From assembly GCA_951406725.2 (NCBI GenBank), contig OX597817.1, positions 149,978,001 to 150,042,000 on the forward strand: DNA of 64,000 nt, in the 5' to 3' direction. Below, piece by piece: positions 39,640-52,423 of the stretch. The DNA is from Octopus vulgaris (lineage: Eukaryota). Position 1 is the first letter of the stretch, and each line of letters opens with the position of its first letter. The translations under genes were made by a program, and so were the position numbers. A model generated the notes under the pieces. The model was given only the letters and a program-made list of their open reading frames with translations. It was not told where the DNA came from and did no database searches.

Positions 39640-40645
39640 GTCTTTTTTACTAGAATTTATCAAAACCATATCAGTGAAATCGCTAATCAGAACACCATTA
39701 TAAAGTGATAGGGGAAAGGAGAGGGAGGGAAAAGTCATTTCTGAAATAATGAACATAAAATGGTTTACTTTAATGAAGGTATCAGGAGGACACAAACTTT
39801 CTCAAGCAAAAAAAAAAAAATCGATGCATGTATGCATAATGTATATATTCATGCCTTTTCATCTCTCTTCAACCTACATCAATTATGACAAGAAAATATC
39901 TGCAGTCCCCTTTTTTTTTCTCCCTTAGATTCTATTTTTTCCAAGCAATCTAAGAAAGACAGCACAACAAGTCTCATCAGAAGAACAAAAATAAAAAAAA
40001 TGAAAATGTCCACTTATTTTTATGAATTATGTAAAGCAGACGAAGGAAAATAGAAAAAGTAAAAAAAATACAATAAAGCAAAGGAAAATATTTATTATCA
40101 TAATCCAACATGTTTCTCTTGTCGTATTTGAATATTGAACAAGGCAATATGCATTTTTACGTGCACTCAAATCTCTCTCTCTCACTCTTACAAGCAAACA
40201 TACACACACATTCAGGTACACATACATGCACACATACTAGTTTATATTATTCTAATTTATATTCTAAGATGTAGCTGCTGGCAGCCAACAAAATCCTTGT
40301 GCAGAGGAGATGCTGTTCCATTCTTGTGGATAATGAGTCTGGAAAGTCACAAGAAAAATATGGTCTCTTTAGCAGACAGCTTTTGTGAAGACAATAAAAG
40401 TGGTTCTTCATTTTTACAACAAATAGTGTGTGTGTGTGTGTGTGTGTGTATCGAGAAAGGAGGAGGACGACAAGGAGGAGGAGGAGGAGGAGGGGAGGAG
40501 GAGGAGGGGAGGAGGAGGAAGAGTGCTTTTTCACCCTAATTTTCTTCCATCCATCCCAACCCATTGTTTTTTTTTTCATTTATAAAGAATAAAGAAGCAG
40601 GAATCACTGCAAGCAGACCAATACATAGGAACGTTCAGCACAGAA

Positions 40646-40762
40646 TAAATAAATAGATAAATAAAGCAAGAACCAAAAAAAAATACAGTATGAGTCCAGG
40701 CCTAAATAAATAGATAAATAAAGCAAGAACCAAAAAAAAATACAGTATGAGTCCAGGCCTAA
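40646..40762. repeat. Exact 57-bp tandem duplication
   Basis: taaataaatagataaataaagcaagaacc(a)9tacagtatgagtccaggcc twice. Confidence 0.9.
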
Positions 40763-41211
40763 TGCAGAAATATGTTTGCAGCAGATAACAAATGCAACTA
40801 AACAAGTTTTCAATGGATTACAAAAAAAAAAAAGGATGAAAAAGAAAAACAGTTGCATTTTATAGAAGGGAAGGAAAGATGGTGGGGGAAGCAAGTTGAA
40901 AAGGATAGCCATTAAAATTTAGAGTGAAATTGAATAGCAAAGCTATGCAATAAATAAATATCTTAAATAGAAATTGGTGTTTCTGTTGATAGATTTAATT
41001 TAATTTAATAAGTCAGAACTGCTTCGTTACACAATTTCTTTTTTTTTTTTTAAGTTTCAAGCAAATGTTTGTTTACTTCTTACTGATGATGTAGCAAGGA
41101 CTATTGATTTACCCACCGTCCTAAGGAGGAGAATGACAGGGAAAAAAACAAAGCAGAGGGGAAAAGTCAAACATGGTGGGATTTCTACTAAGAAGTAATG
41201 ATCAAGGTATT

Positions 41212-41640
41212 GATTTCAAATTTTGGCACAAAGCCAGCAATTTCAAGGGTGATTGTAAGTTGAAAGTTGATCACATCAACCCCACGGTTTAACTGGTTCT
41301 TGTTTTATCAACTCTGAAAGGAGGAAAGGCAAAGTCAACCTCAGTGGAATTTGGACACAGAACACAAAGACAGACAAAATGCTACTAAGTATTTTGCCCA
41401 GCATGCTTTTCTTTGATTCTTTTATTCCTTTCAGTCATTTGAGTCATTTGACTGTGGCCATGCTGGAGCACTACCTTTAGTCAAACAAAATGATCCTAGG
41501 ACTTGTTCTTTGTAAGCCTAGTACTTATCCTATTGGTCCCTTTTGCCGAACCACTATGTTACAGGGATGTAAACACACCAACATCAATTATCAAGCAATG
41601 GTGGGGGAACAAACACAGACAAATATACACACACACACAT
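41212..41640 (-). mobile_element. Family A (41212-41405) and family B 3' part (41410-41640) SINE copies
   Basis: Reverse-complement matches. Confidence 0.75.
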
Positions 41641-42830
41641 AAATATATACAGGATGTTCAAAATTTAAAAGGAAAAATTAAGTATTGAGGTCACTCTGAT
41701 TAAACCCTTCAAGGCAGTGCCCCAGCATGGCCACTGTCCAATGACTAAAACAAGAAAAAGAGAAAAGAGAGCATTTAAGATTTTTGGTTTTATCAATCCT
41801 GCAGAAAACTGAACCTATACAAACTTCCTCGTAGACTGGTTAAACATTAGAAAACGTCAGTGACCAAATCTGTTGTCTGACTTTAATTCACTTTGAATCA
41901 ATTTCACTTCACTTACATGCACAGTAGTAATGCTTATGATAAAGTTTTAATGAAAAAGTTTGTTATGGATGTTGAAAGATGACTACAAGGTAGCAGAAGG
42001 CTTTGTTGATCATGAACATAATGTCTCGTTAATATGAATCCACCAGAAGACCAATAAAATACATGAACAGAAAAAGTTCAGAAGGTCTTTAAACAGAGAT
42101 AAAAATATTTTATGCACAATATAGAGAATGTGTGGGTTGCTGTCTCTACTTACATGTTTGTGCGTGTATGAGAGAGAGAGAGAGAGTAAATGTGGAAGTG
42201 TGAGAGTATTGTCTCTCGAACCACAATATAGTCAAGTGTAATGTCCTAGTACAATAGAGATAATCTCTGAAAAGAGAATTTCAGGTTATGAATTGAAATT
42301 TGAAAAGACTAGAAGAACTGCAGAGATGCATGGAGAACAGCCATTCCATTGACTGAAAATTTTATATTCTCCTCTACATACATGTATAATATCAAGGGGA
42401 GATTCATCGATTGGTGGGGATCCAATGCTTATGATCAGTGAAATAACAATACATTGGATGAGCCAACTTTTCCCAAATGTTCTTTAATCTTTTCTATACA
42501 ACAACAAAGCAATTGCTGATTGGTCACAAATGGTGTCAAGACTAAGCTTTGTACATGATACAGAGGATTTAAGCAATGGAGTGGAGAGCTAGCTGTCCAC
42601 TACAAAGTCATTTAGGAGTCCACTTCAGGAGCATATATTTCAGTGTTTGATTGTACAGCATAACACATAGAGCAAGTAACTTAGGGATCGGCAATGCTTA
42701 ATGAGTGGAATTGGGCAGATACAAGGTGTGCAAAAGCTTTTCATATTTGTATTCATATAGGAGAGAGAGAGAGGAGGAGAGAGAGTGTGTGTGTGTATTT
42801 GTGTAAAATGATACATACATACATATATAT

Positions 42831-43075
42831 ATAACGGGAAGCTTTATGAAAATAAACAAGACGAAGGCAGGTTTACGGAAATAAACAAAAGACGAAGGCA
42901 GGTGGAATACAAACAAACAATTGTATTAGTATGGCGCTCAGGAATATAAATAAAACAAGTCTTTTACGTTTTGAGCCTATGCTCTTCAACAGAAAGATAC
43001 ACAGAAAAGAAACACAGAAAGAAGGAGAGAAAAAAATGCGTGCAGAGGCTAGCGAATCAACATGGTGATCTGATT
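42831..43075 (-). mobile_element. Short hammerhead-bearing Penelope-like repeat, related to 44388-44830
   Basis: Shares the agagc..gctc stem and ttcctgagcg..taataca downstream; TA-flanked. Confidence 0.6.
42961..42996 (-). ncRNA. Degenerate minimal hammerhead motif
   Basis: Minus strand cttt-CTGTTGA-agagc[atag]gctc-AAAA-cg-TA-aaag (A6U, G12A). Confidence 0.5.
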
Positions 43076-43218
43076 TCGGCCAGAAGTCAAAGATCAAACG
43101 TGAGACGCAAGAGCGAAATTAGGGAAGGTAATAGGGTTAAATGACCTCACCCCAACATAAGAGTGTGTGTGTGTATGAGAGAGTGTTAGTGCGTATGAGG
43201 TCTGGACATGTGTATGTA

Positions 43219-43258
<40 letters not shown>

Positions 43259-44267
43259 ATATGTGGGGTTTAGTACACTGGTGATCTAAACGAATAGGGA
43301 CGCTGAGTAACTGCTATAATTGGTCATCCATTAGGTTTCCAGTTCACAGCTGGAGCTGGAGATAGGGATCCATATAAGGCCTCCGTGTTAGCAGGTATAT
43401 ATTATATCAGAGGAAAAAGGACAATAAAAACCAAAGCAGGACAAGTATCTCAACTCATTTATAATAATTGAAATTATTATAAATACATATGTATGCACAC
43501 ACACACACACATGTATAAATGCACATACATATGTGTGCTTGTATGTTATATCTTTTGCCAATGTGACACATTTTTGCAGCATTTGTTCTGCTTGGCTGCA
43601 CATTCTAATCACTCCCACCACCTGAAATGCAGTGAACAAGTGACTGGCCAGCAGGAATCAAATAACCACACACACTAGTATGAGTGTGTATATATATCTA
43701 TATATATAAAACTCAACTTGTGTGTCTCTGCAAAAATAGATAATGTGATTGTTTAGGCCTTATTCTCTCTATCACCCTTATCTCCCCACTCCTACTTTCA
43801 AATTATCTCCACTGACCACTAAATGGTTCATTTTCCCTTATCTATATCTTTGTTTTTCTTTTTTCTTTCTTTCCTTTATTCCTCTCTTCCTGTTTTTTAT
43901 TATATTATTTTATTATTTTTCTTCTTACTTTCTTCTCCTTATTCTCTCTTTTTTCTCATTCTTCATTCTTCTCTTCCTGTTTTCTATTTGACCCTACTAA
44001 TACACTCCCTATTTTTAGGTCACTTTAAATAAAACCCTTGATTCAATAAAACTGTATATAAACTTGGAATGACCAATTTTAAATACAATTGGATTTTACT
44101 CATAAGGTATTGGAATCTTACATGTATAACCACTCTGGCTAAAAAAAATGGATCTACAAATGCAATATCCCTACATATCTCACATCTATTTTCTTTTATT
44201 TCCTCCACTTCACTCTCTATTTTATATCTTATCTAAATTAACTATTTCTTAACCATCCTCTCACGCC

Positions 44268-44315
44268 GTCTCTGATAAAGGGATATAATAAATATCCTGG
44301 AAACAGCTGTAAGAC
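44268..44315 (+). ncRNA. Type-I hammerhead motif with palindromic stem III (G8A)
   Basis: gtct-CTGATAA-agggatat[aataa]atatcctg-GAAA-cagctg-TA-agac. Confidence 0.7.
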
Positions 44316-44387
44316 CTATCTATAAATGTTCTAAAATCTACACAGCCTTGGCTTTTTAACTCATTACAAAAAATAATTTATATATAT

Positions 44388-44571
44388 GTGACCACCTGTG
44401 TATCATTAGCAATTTTCTTTCTCCATCTTCCCTTCTTTGGACTTTTTCTATATTTCTGATGAAGAGCTCCGCTCAAAACGTGAAATCCTTTTTTTTTTCC
44501 TTTCCTGAGCATCCAATAATACAGTATTTGTACCATGTCCTCGTGTTGTTTTTTCTTGGTTGTTTGGATTG

Positions 44572-44627
<56 letters not shown>

Positions 44628-44830
44628 ACCACATGTGTATCGTTGGCGATATTTTCCCTCCATCTTGCCTTCCTTGGATCTTTCCTTTTCCTATGTTTCT
44701 GACAAAGACTCCACTCAAAACGTTAAACCCTCCTTCTTTCTTTCCTTTCCTGAGCGTCCAATAACACTATACTTGTTCCATGTCCTCGTGTTGTGTTTTC
44801 TCTTTGTGTTTTCATGTTTGGATTAACTAA
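44388..44830 (+). mobile_element. Two tandem ~237-bp hammerhead-bearing repeats separated by (TA)n(TG)n
   Basis: Units start gtgaccac at 44388 and 44625; motifs attt-CTGATGA-agagc[tcc]gctc-AAAA-cg-TG-aaat (44452-44486) and gttt-CTGACAA-..-AAAA-cg-TT-aaac (44695-44728). Confidence 0.7.
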
Positions 44831-46885
44831 ACACACACACACACACACACACTAGATTCTACACATTTCGGATATAAGAGTGCATTGAATATTTTTTCTT
44901 ATTTTGTATTTAAAAAAACATGTATGTATATGCATCACTGTGTGTATGTCTTGGCAATATATATGCCTGAATTATCTTAAGATAGACTAATAAAGTTTTG
45001 TTTTGGTTCATTTTTGTGTGTGTGTGTGTGAATTTCTTACCTCATTTGGTTGTATAAATATAATTTAAATAAAAACTAAAATAAAATGGGAAGAACATAA
45101 ATAAATGTATTAAGTTATTCATAGAATTCATACCAATAAAGAATTCATACTATTTAGACTTTGGAATAGTTCACCAACTTGACACAGAACGGTCTGAAGA
45201 TTTATTCATTTGTATGTATTTCTTTCTTTTAGTTTTAAGAAATAAATTGGAATATGGAAATAATTAAATAAAAATATTTAGATTGGAAAGAATGAAAAAA
45301 TTGGAATTTGGAGAAAGTATCATGAAAGAAACTGGTAGGTCAAAGTGAACTAAAATATATAAACAAAATTTTGCAATGATGAATGATTCTGTTTGGCATA
45401 CAACATATTCTTCACCCTGGCAGCCTATGATTAAATAAATCACTGTTGTTAGTGTGCATGCACACACACACACACATATATATACATACATACATACATA
45501 CATATTAGATGTGTATGCACACACACACACACATATACATAATTATTAGATACATATTATATGTGTGCACATATATATGTATGTATGTATGTATAAATGT
45601 GTGTATGTATATATGTGTGTATGTATGTATGCATATATGTGTATTTGTTTTAGTGTATGTGGATAGGAGAGAGAAGTGGCATTTTTTTTAAAACAGAAAT
45701 ATTTTGCTCTTCCGGTATACTGGTAACAAATCAAGCAGACACTGGAAATTATTCTAGTTTGGAGAAAATAAATCTAGGTTATAAAATATAAACAAACCAA
45801 GAGTAGGATGGTTTGATGATGGCGTGCGATTTGTGAGAGAGACAGACAGAGAAAGAGAGAATGAGAGAGACTAATACTATGGGTGTTACCCTTCACGAGA
45901 GGGAAAAACAGAAAATCTCCAATTTAGCTCTGAAGTGCCCTGCATGAAAAACATTCACTCCCACTTTATTTCCCAGCACATCAACATATTCCTCTTTTGT
46001 TTATATCCCCCAACAGAATTCATGCTGATGCAAGACCATTCACTTGGTCTACCATTTCTGGTGACTATTCTTAATCTAGGTTAAATTATTATGACAGCAG
46101 AGATAGGATGAAATAGAGTGGAGGAGCTTGAGAGACCTTGAAAATCAAGTTGAGAGTGAGGAACAAGTTGGTTAAATGATGTCTGATATATTACATACAA
46201 CCCATGCACACACACACACACACACACACACAGATGCTTTCTTCCTGTCTCATACTCACATAAATGCAATCCTATGCAGACAAAGTGACAGGCTAATAGC
46301 CAGACACACAATACCATTTGTCTAGAAAGATTCAAATTAGACTTAATATTATGCAGCAACTACTAAGCCCACACCCCAAAATCCTCTCTCTCCCTCTCTC
46401 TCTCTTTCTCAAAAAAAAAACCAACTTTTTTTTAACAATTTCCAGACGTCTGGTTACTGAAATGATATTTGGCTGTCCCTGTGTTTTCTTTCCCCTTAAA
46501 TGCTTTGCCACCATCCTAGTTGTTAGGGGGAAAAGACAAGAGAAAGTCACATTAGATAGAAACAGAGAAGAGCTGAGGAACAGGAATGAGACATGTTAAT
46601 GAGTAGTGCAAGCTGAGACGGTCTTGACTCATGCATTGACACAATGGGAACCTGTACATGGCCACTACGCCTGCTAGAAATAGCAAGCAAATCTCTCTCT
46701 TTCAAACAACATGCCAACATCACCAAGATGAGACACATTAAATATAGCAGTCAAACACACACACAGTATATACATGCCATCACAGAAAAAGGTGATGGAT
46801 GCATTGAATGGTACAGTCATGTATATATACACGATGTATACATACTATCACAAAAACATATGTTAGATGATGCAATCTTATATAT

Positions 46886-47280
46886 AGGTGCAGGAATGGT
46901 TGTGTGGTAAGATGTTTGTTTCCCAACCACATGGTTCCAGGTTCAGTCCCACTGCATGGTACCTTGGTCAAGAGTCTTCTACTACTGCCCCAGGCAAACT
47001 GGGGCATTGTGAGTGGATTTGGTACATGGAAACTGAAAGAAGTCCATCACATATGTGTGCGTTTGTACCCTTATTTTGACACCAAGTGGTGATTGTAAAT
47101 GAGTCTCATCATCATCATACATTATTTCCAATATTCCACAAAACATGTCTAGCCATAGGGAAAATATCATGTTAACAGGTGAGGGTGAGCAACAGGAAAG
47201 GTATCCAGCCATAGAAAATCTACCTCAATGAATTCTGCCTGACCCATGCAAATGTGGAAAAATGGACATTAAATGATGAT
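46886..47280 (+). mobile_element. Family B variant SINE with RTE-like tail
   Basis: B head plus gacccatgcaa..ggaaaaatggacattaaatgatgat. Confidence 0.75.
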
Positions 47281-48779
47281 TTCTTGAGAAATCTCAAAAA
47301 TAAAACAAACAAAAAGAATGATTGTAGGGATTATTTTTTTTAGGTTCTTTTTAGCATTTTCTTTGAAAAAAATTTTGTTTTATTGTTTTTTTTTATATCA
47401 GTCAGAAAGGAAGGCAATGTCCTGATTCTTCACAGGGCCTCTAAGATCTAACTAGAAATAGCAGCCAAATATACCTTAAGTCACATCCTTCTGTCACAAA
47501 AAAGGACGCATTGGAAAATGTATTATAGGTATACTATGCCTAGAAGAAAAAAAATCAGGATGGTCTCAGCTGGATTGCTTTTGATCATAGGTCTGTTCAC
47601 TGATGGCCAACTTTGCGCTAAACAACCTTGAATCTTTTTTCTGTCTGATCCTAAGTGGTGTAGCTAGAGTGTATGCCACCTGAGGAAACCCTTGAGTTTG
47701 CTGACCTCCTTCCTCTCAGCCCCACAGCCTATACAGGCTTATACAGATGACCCAAAAGTGCTGCCTCTGTAAAAGAATTACCCAGGATGACTATAAGCCT
47801 ACATAATTTGTTTTCAGAAGTAAAGCTGATTGACTAACAATCACACTACTACAAGCTCCCTGTTACTATTAAAATTTTTTGCCCTTGGAAAAGACATACA
47901 AATCTACCAGACAAAAGCCTTCATACGTACATGCAAACTGAGTGGCTAATGGTAGAAAGAACATTGACATCTGTAGTTGCACTCACTATAACAATATGCA
48001 GGAGTTCAAATTTTGAAAAGCCATTCCATGCAAACTAATTACAGAGAATTGGATATTAAGGCAGTGTTGAGCAAGCAGCTGTTATGTACTACTTCTCTTA
48101 CATAACATTAAAATTAAGAGATTCTGCTAATTTACTGAGACATTAAAAACAAATATAATTTTTTTCTTTAATTATTTACAGTCCATAACTCTTAATTAAT
48201 TGAAACACCTGCAACTAAATATTTTCCTTTCTTTTTGGTTTTTTTTTTCTTTGTCTGTTATATAATGGTTAATATATACAACTTTGTTTCAGGTTAATGT
48301 AAATTATTGTTTAGCATTAAATCGGCCTTGATCAACCAGACCCACAACCAAAAGTATTGATGTTGTAACTATCCAATCTTTTAATAAATCTACATTTTCC
48401 CATAAGTCCTTTCCTTATTTAAGTTGGTAGGTTTACAATATGAGGGAGATTTAGCTGTTATTTCTAGAAGTTCAACTAACTACATAGAGACTGTTTTGTC
48501 AGTTTGAGACCTGTTCATTGGTATAGTTGGTATACCATCCCATATTTGTGAGCATTAGTTTAATGTGGGTTCATCCATCTTTACATTGCAAGTTCAGATA
48601 CTGCGAAGGGCAACTTTGCTTTTCATCCTTTCGGGATCAATAAAATAAGTACCAGCTGAATACTAGAGTCGATGCAATCGACTTAATCCCTCATACCAAA
48701 ATTTCAGGCCTTGTGCCTAGAGTGGAAAGGGTTATTTTAAGATGGGTTAGGGTGGTGGATTGGTAGAACTGTAAGAGCA

Positions 48780-49384
48780 ACGAGCTGGCAGAAACATTAG
48801 CATGCCAAGCGAAATGCTTAACAGTATTTAGTCTGTCTTTACGTTCTGAGTTCAAATTCTGCCAAGGTCGACTTTGCCTTTCATCCTTTTGGGGGTCAAT
48901 AAATTAAGTACCAGTTGCGTACTGGGGTCAGTGTAATCGACAATCTCTTTGTCTGTCCTTGTTTGTCCCCTCTATGTTTAGCCCCCTGTGGGCAATAAAG
49001 AAATAAGAAACGGTAGCATGCCGAGTGAAGTGCTTAATGGTATTTAGTCTGCCGTTACATTCTGAGTTCAAATTCTGCCGAGGTCAATTTTGTCTTTCAT
49101 CCTTTCGGGGTCGATAAATTAAGTACCAGTTATGCACTGGGGTCGATGTAATCGACTTAATCCATTTGTCTGTCCTTGTTTGTCCCCTCTGTGTTTAGCC
49201 CCTTGTGGGTAGTAGAGAAATAGGTATTTAGTCTGTCTTTACGTTCTGAGTTCAAATTCTGCTGAGGTCAACTTTGCCTTTCATCCTTTTGCAGTTGATA
49301 AATTAAGTACCAGTTATGTACTAAGGTTGATATAATTGACTGGCCCCATCTTAAAAATTTCAGGCCTTGTGCCTAGAGTAGAAA
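48780..49384 (+). mobile_element. Trimeric family A SINE inserted into an older family A copy
   Basis: 15-bp TSD agaactgtaagagca at 48765-48779 and 49385-49399; three Nin-like cores. Confidence 0.85.
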
Positions 49385-50293
49385 AGAACTGTAAGAGCAT
49401 CAGAAAAATACTTTGTGGCATTTATTCCAAGCCTCTACATTCTGAGTTCAAATTCCACTGAAGTCCACATTGCATTTCATCCTTCCGAAGTCAACAAAAT
49501 AAAAAACCAGTCAAGTACTGGGATCAATAGCACCAACCAAACCCCTCCTCTTAAACTTGTTGGTTTTCTGCCCAAATCAGAAACAATTATCTTAACATGA
49601 AATGAACACATGCATTGAATAGGTTAACAACTATTATTTCTAGTAATAAAAGGGAAATCTAGTCCTATGTGATGCAGTCTTGATTATGTTATATATGGGA
49701 AGAAGATACCCATGTGTGCAGGGGGTGGCATTGCTATATGTGTACAAATACAAGAGAAAGCAATACAAGAAAAATGCGGTGACTTTTATGGTATGGAAAC
49801 TGTTAAAACAGAGCTGAGTTGTCTAGATCAGTAACAGATAAGAGAATTTCACAAAATGGGTTTAAATCATTTTGATAAGGGACCAGAAGACTTGGTTGCA
49901 ACTGGGGAGAAGAAAGTAGAAAGTGTTTGCTGGTGACACTGTGCGAAGGCTTTGAACAAGCCTAGCTTTTAAAAAAAAGCGTTTTAAAAGAGCAATGATG
50001 AAGAGTAACAATTTTTATCTTGAAACACCAAAGATAAAACAATCTCAAGTGTATTTATGCTTTCTTTACATGCAATTACTCTAATATGTTTAACAGCATT
50101 TATTTAGCCCTAATCAAGCAATTCAAGGATGTTCCAGTCATGTAATCCCATATTCTTTCAGATACAATGCATACAGTGTGTCCTTTCTTTTTTAAAACAG
50201 TAAGGTGTGATTACAGAGAGATTTGGCTTCTATTTCTGTCAGTTTGAAAAACAAAACAAACTCTCTCTCCATTGGTATCATCATCATCATCAT

Positions 50294-50523
50294 TTAACCC
50301 TTTTGTTACCAACCCGGCTGAAACCGGCTCTGGCTCTGTAGTACAAATACAATGTTTTCATAAGTTTTGAATTAAAATCTTCCACCAAACCTTAGTCACA
50401 ATTTATGTTCCTAACACTAGCTGAATGATAACTAAGTTATTTCACTAAATTCTTTGTTATATTTAAGATTGATTGAAAGAAACACAGAGCATCTCAACAA
50501 AAATACAGTAACAAAAGGGTTAA
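50294..50523. mobile_element. piggyBac-like MITE (M2) inserted at the TTAA of a family D tail
   Basis: catcatcat-TTAA-[ccc..ggg]-TTAA-tgtctattttccatggg shows TTAA duplication. Confidence 0.9.
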
Positions 50524-50889
50524 TGTCTATTTTCCATGGGTTGGACAGTTTGACAGGAGCTGGCAAGCCAGAGGACTGTACCAAACTCCACTGTATGTTA
50601 TGGCATGGTTTCTACAGCTAGATGCCGTTCCTAAAGCCAACCACTTTACAGAGTGGACTGTACTGGATTATCATTAGATAATCCAATAAAGACCTGGAGG
50701 AGAAATAAAAAGATGTTATAAACACAGATGTTAAGGAAACATAATAATGCAAAGATCTATACTTTTTTATGAAACAATAATAATATGATTATCTGAAGCT
50801 TTAGGTATGAACCCACCAGACATGGTCAAAGGCTCATCATTGTCAACCCTTGGACTTTATTGTCTCAAGTCCTATTGTCTCATAGGGCT

Positions 50890-51125
50890 AATTATTTGGT
50901 TTCCATGGCATATAAGTGACTGAAATCACAACACCCTGTCCCCCCCCCTCCAAACAGTACACCAGTCCATCATAGGGCTACTTATTCTCGCGAGCTGAGT
51001 GGACTGGAACAACATGAAATGAAGTGTCTTGCTCAAGAACACAATGCACCCCTCCCAGTCCAGGAATTGAAACTGTGACCTTGCAATTGTTGAGTGCAGT
51101 ACTCTTACTACAAGGTCATGAACCC
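50890..51125 (-). mobile_element. CORE-like SINE with a different 3' part
   Basis: gctgagtggactggaacaac..gtgtcttgctcaagaacacaa; homologous to 62740-62970. Confidence 0.65.
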
Positions 51126-51499
51126 TCACTATTAGGTTCAGTAGTACAAAACCATCCATTTTAAAGTGCATATGTTATAAGTACCACCTGCAGAAAACCT
51201 TTTGTTACATTCCAAACCAACTTAATAATGGAGAAATTAGTTACTTCACTAAATCATTTTAAATCCCTCAGTATTTTAAAATTAAATGAAATACATGGAT
51301 AGCATATTTCATAAGAAATATGATCACAAAAGCTTAATTACATTAATTATATAGCACATTGCCACTTAGCAAATACTTAATGTTGTTCAAGCTCTAATGA
51401 AGTCTGCATTAATGATTTTAGCATTATGGGCAAATATTATAAACATACTTTGTCTCCAACAAGTCGACCCTCCAAGCCCTTAGAAAAGGAAAACAGTCA

Positions 51500-52075
51500 T
51501 CATCATGATTGTCATCATCGTTTAACGTCCGTTTTCCATGCAGGCATGGGTTGGACAATCTGACTGAGGTCTGTAGATCCAGCAACTGCATCAGGCTCCA
51601 ATCTGATCTGGCAATGTTTCTACAGATCGATGCCCTTCCTAAAGCCAACCCCTCCGAGAGTGTAGTGGGTGCTTTTTACGTGTCATCAGCACTAGAGCCA
51701 GTCATGCGGGCCTGGCATTGATCACAGTCGGATAGTGATTTTTACGTGCCACCAGCATGGGGGCCAGTCAGTGAGTACTGGTATCGACTACGTTCAGATG
51801 GTGCTTTTAACATGCCACCAGCACAGGAGCCAGTTGGGCAGGCCTGGCATTGATCACATTCAGATAGCGCTTTTTACATGCCACCAGCACAGGAGCCAGT
51901 CAGGGGACACTGACATCAACCATGTTTGGATAACGCATTTTACGTGCCACCAGAACAGGAATCAGTCAAGGGGTACTGACCACAGCTACAATTTTGGTTT
52001 TACTTGACTCAACAGGTCTTCTCAAGCATATCATATCGCCTAACACATCAGGGGTACTCTTAAATGGGCCAGACA
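51500..52075 (-). mobile_element. RTE 3' UTR (family D) with five 66-bp units
   Basis: Unit starts at 51669, 51735, 51801, 51867 and 51933. Confidence 0.85.
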
Positions 52076-52113
52076 TGCAACAGTCATAATAATAATAATA
52101 ATAATAATAATAA

Positions 52114-52423
52114 GGTATGCAATAAGGAAGCAAGAAAAGTCGATAGATATGACAGGTTAGTTAGCTTGGGAGGTTAAGCAGCTGTGGTTGCTGGAAAAGG
52201 TGGTAGTAGTACCAATAATTGTCAGAGGCCTGGGAATAGTGAGTATATATCTTGAGAAGTACATGGAACAAATAGGGGCTGCAATAAGGGTGGAGCACTT
52301 GCAGAAAACAGCACTGATTGGAACTGCTGGAATACTCCGGGTGGTGCTCGAAAAATAAGGAGTGTTCACTGGTAGTGAACAGCTGGCACTGTAGTACATC
52401 TCCAGCAATCGAAGCTGTCAAAG
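52114..52423 (+). mobile_element. Dong/R4-like (restriction-like endonuclease) non-LTR retrotransposon 3' end in (TAA)n
   Basis: KEARKVDRYDRL/AWEVKQLW..VVVPIIVRGLGIV..LQKTALIGTAGILRVVLEK* (stop 52356-52358); (TAA)n on both sides. Confidence 0.85.

Noticed and set aside
39945-39986. Minus-strand CTGATGA followed by a gac..gtc stem
   Set aside because: Not followed by GAAA, so no hammerhead core
42250-42640. Possible very old LINE coding relics (also ~29300-29930, 47650-48090, 49700-49980)
   Set aside because: Only faint motif resemblance; cannot be supported without a profile search
51669-51990. CRISPR-like regularly spaced palindromic repeats (also 6305, 22975, 30840, 33110, 53070)
   Set aside because: The supposed spacers are homologous to each other, the array is part of an RTE 3' UTR, the DNA is eukaryotic and there are no cas genes
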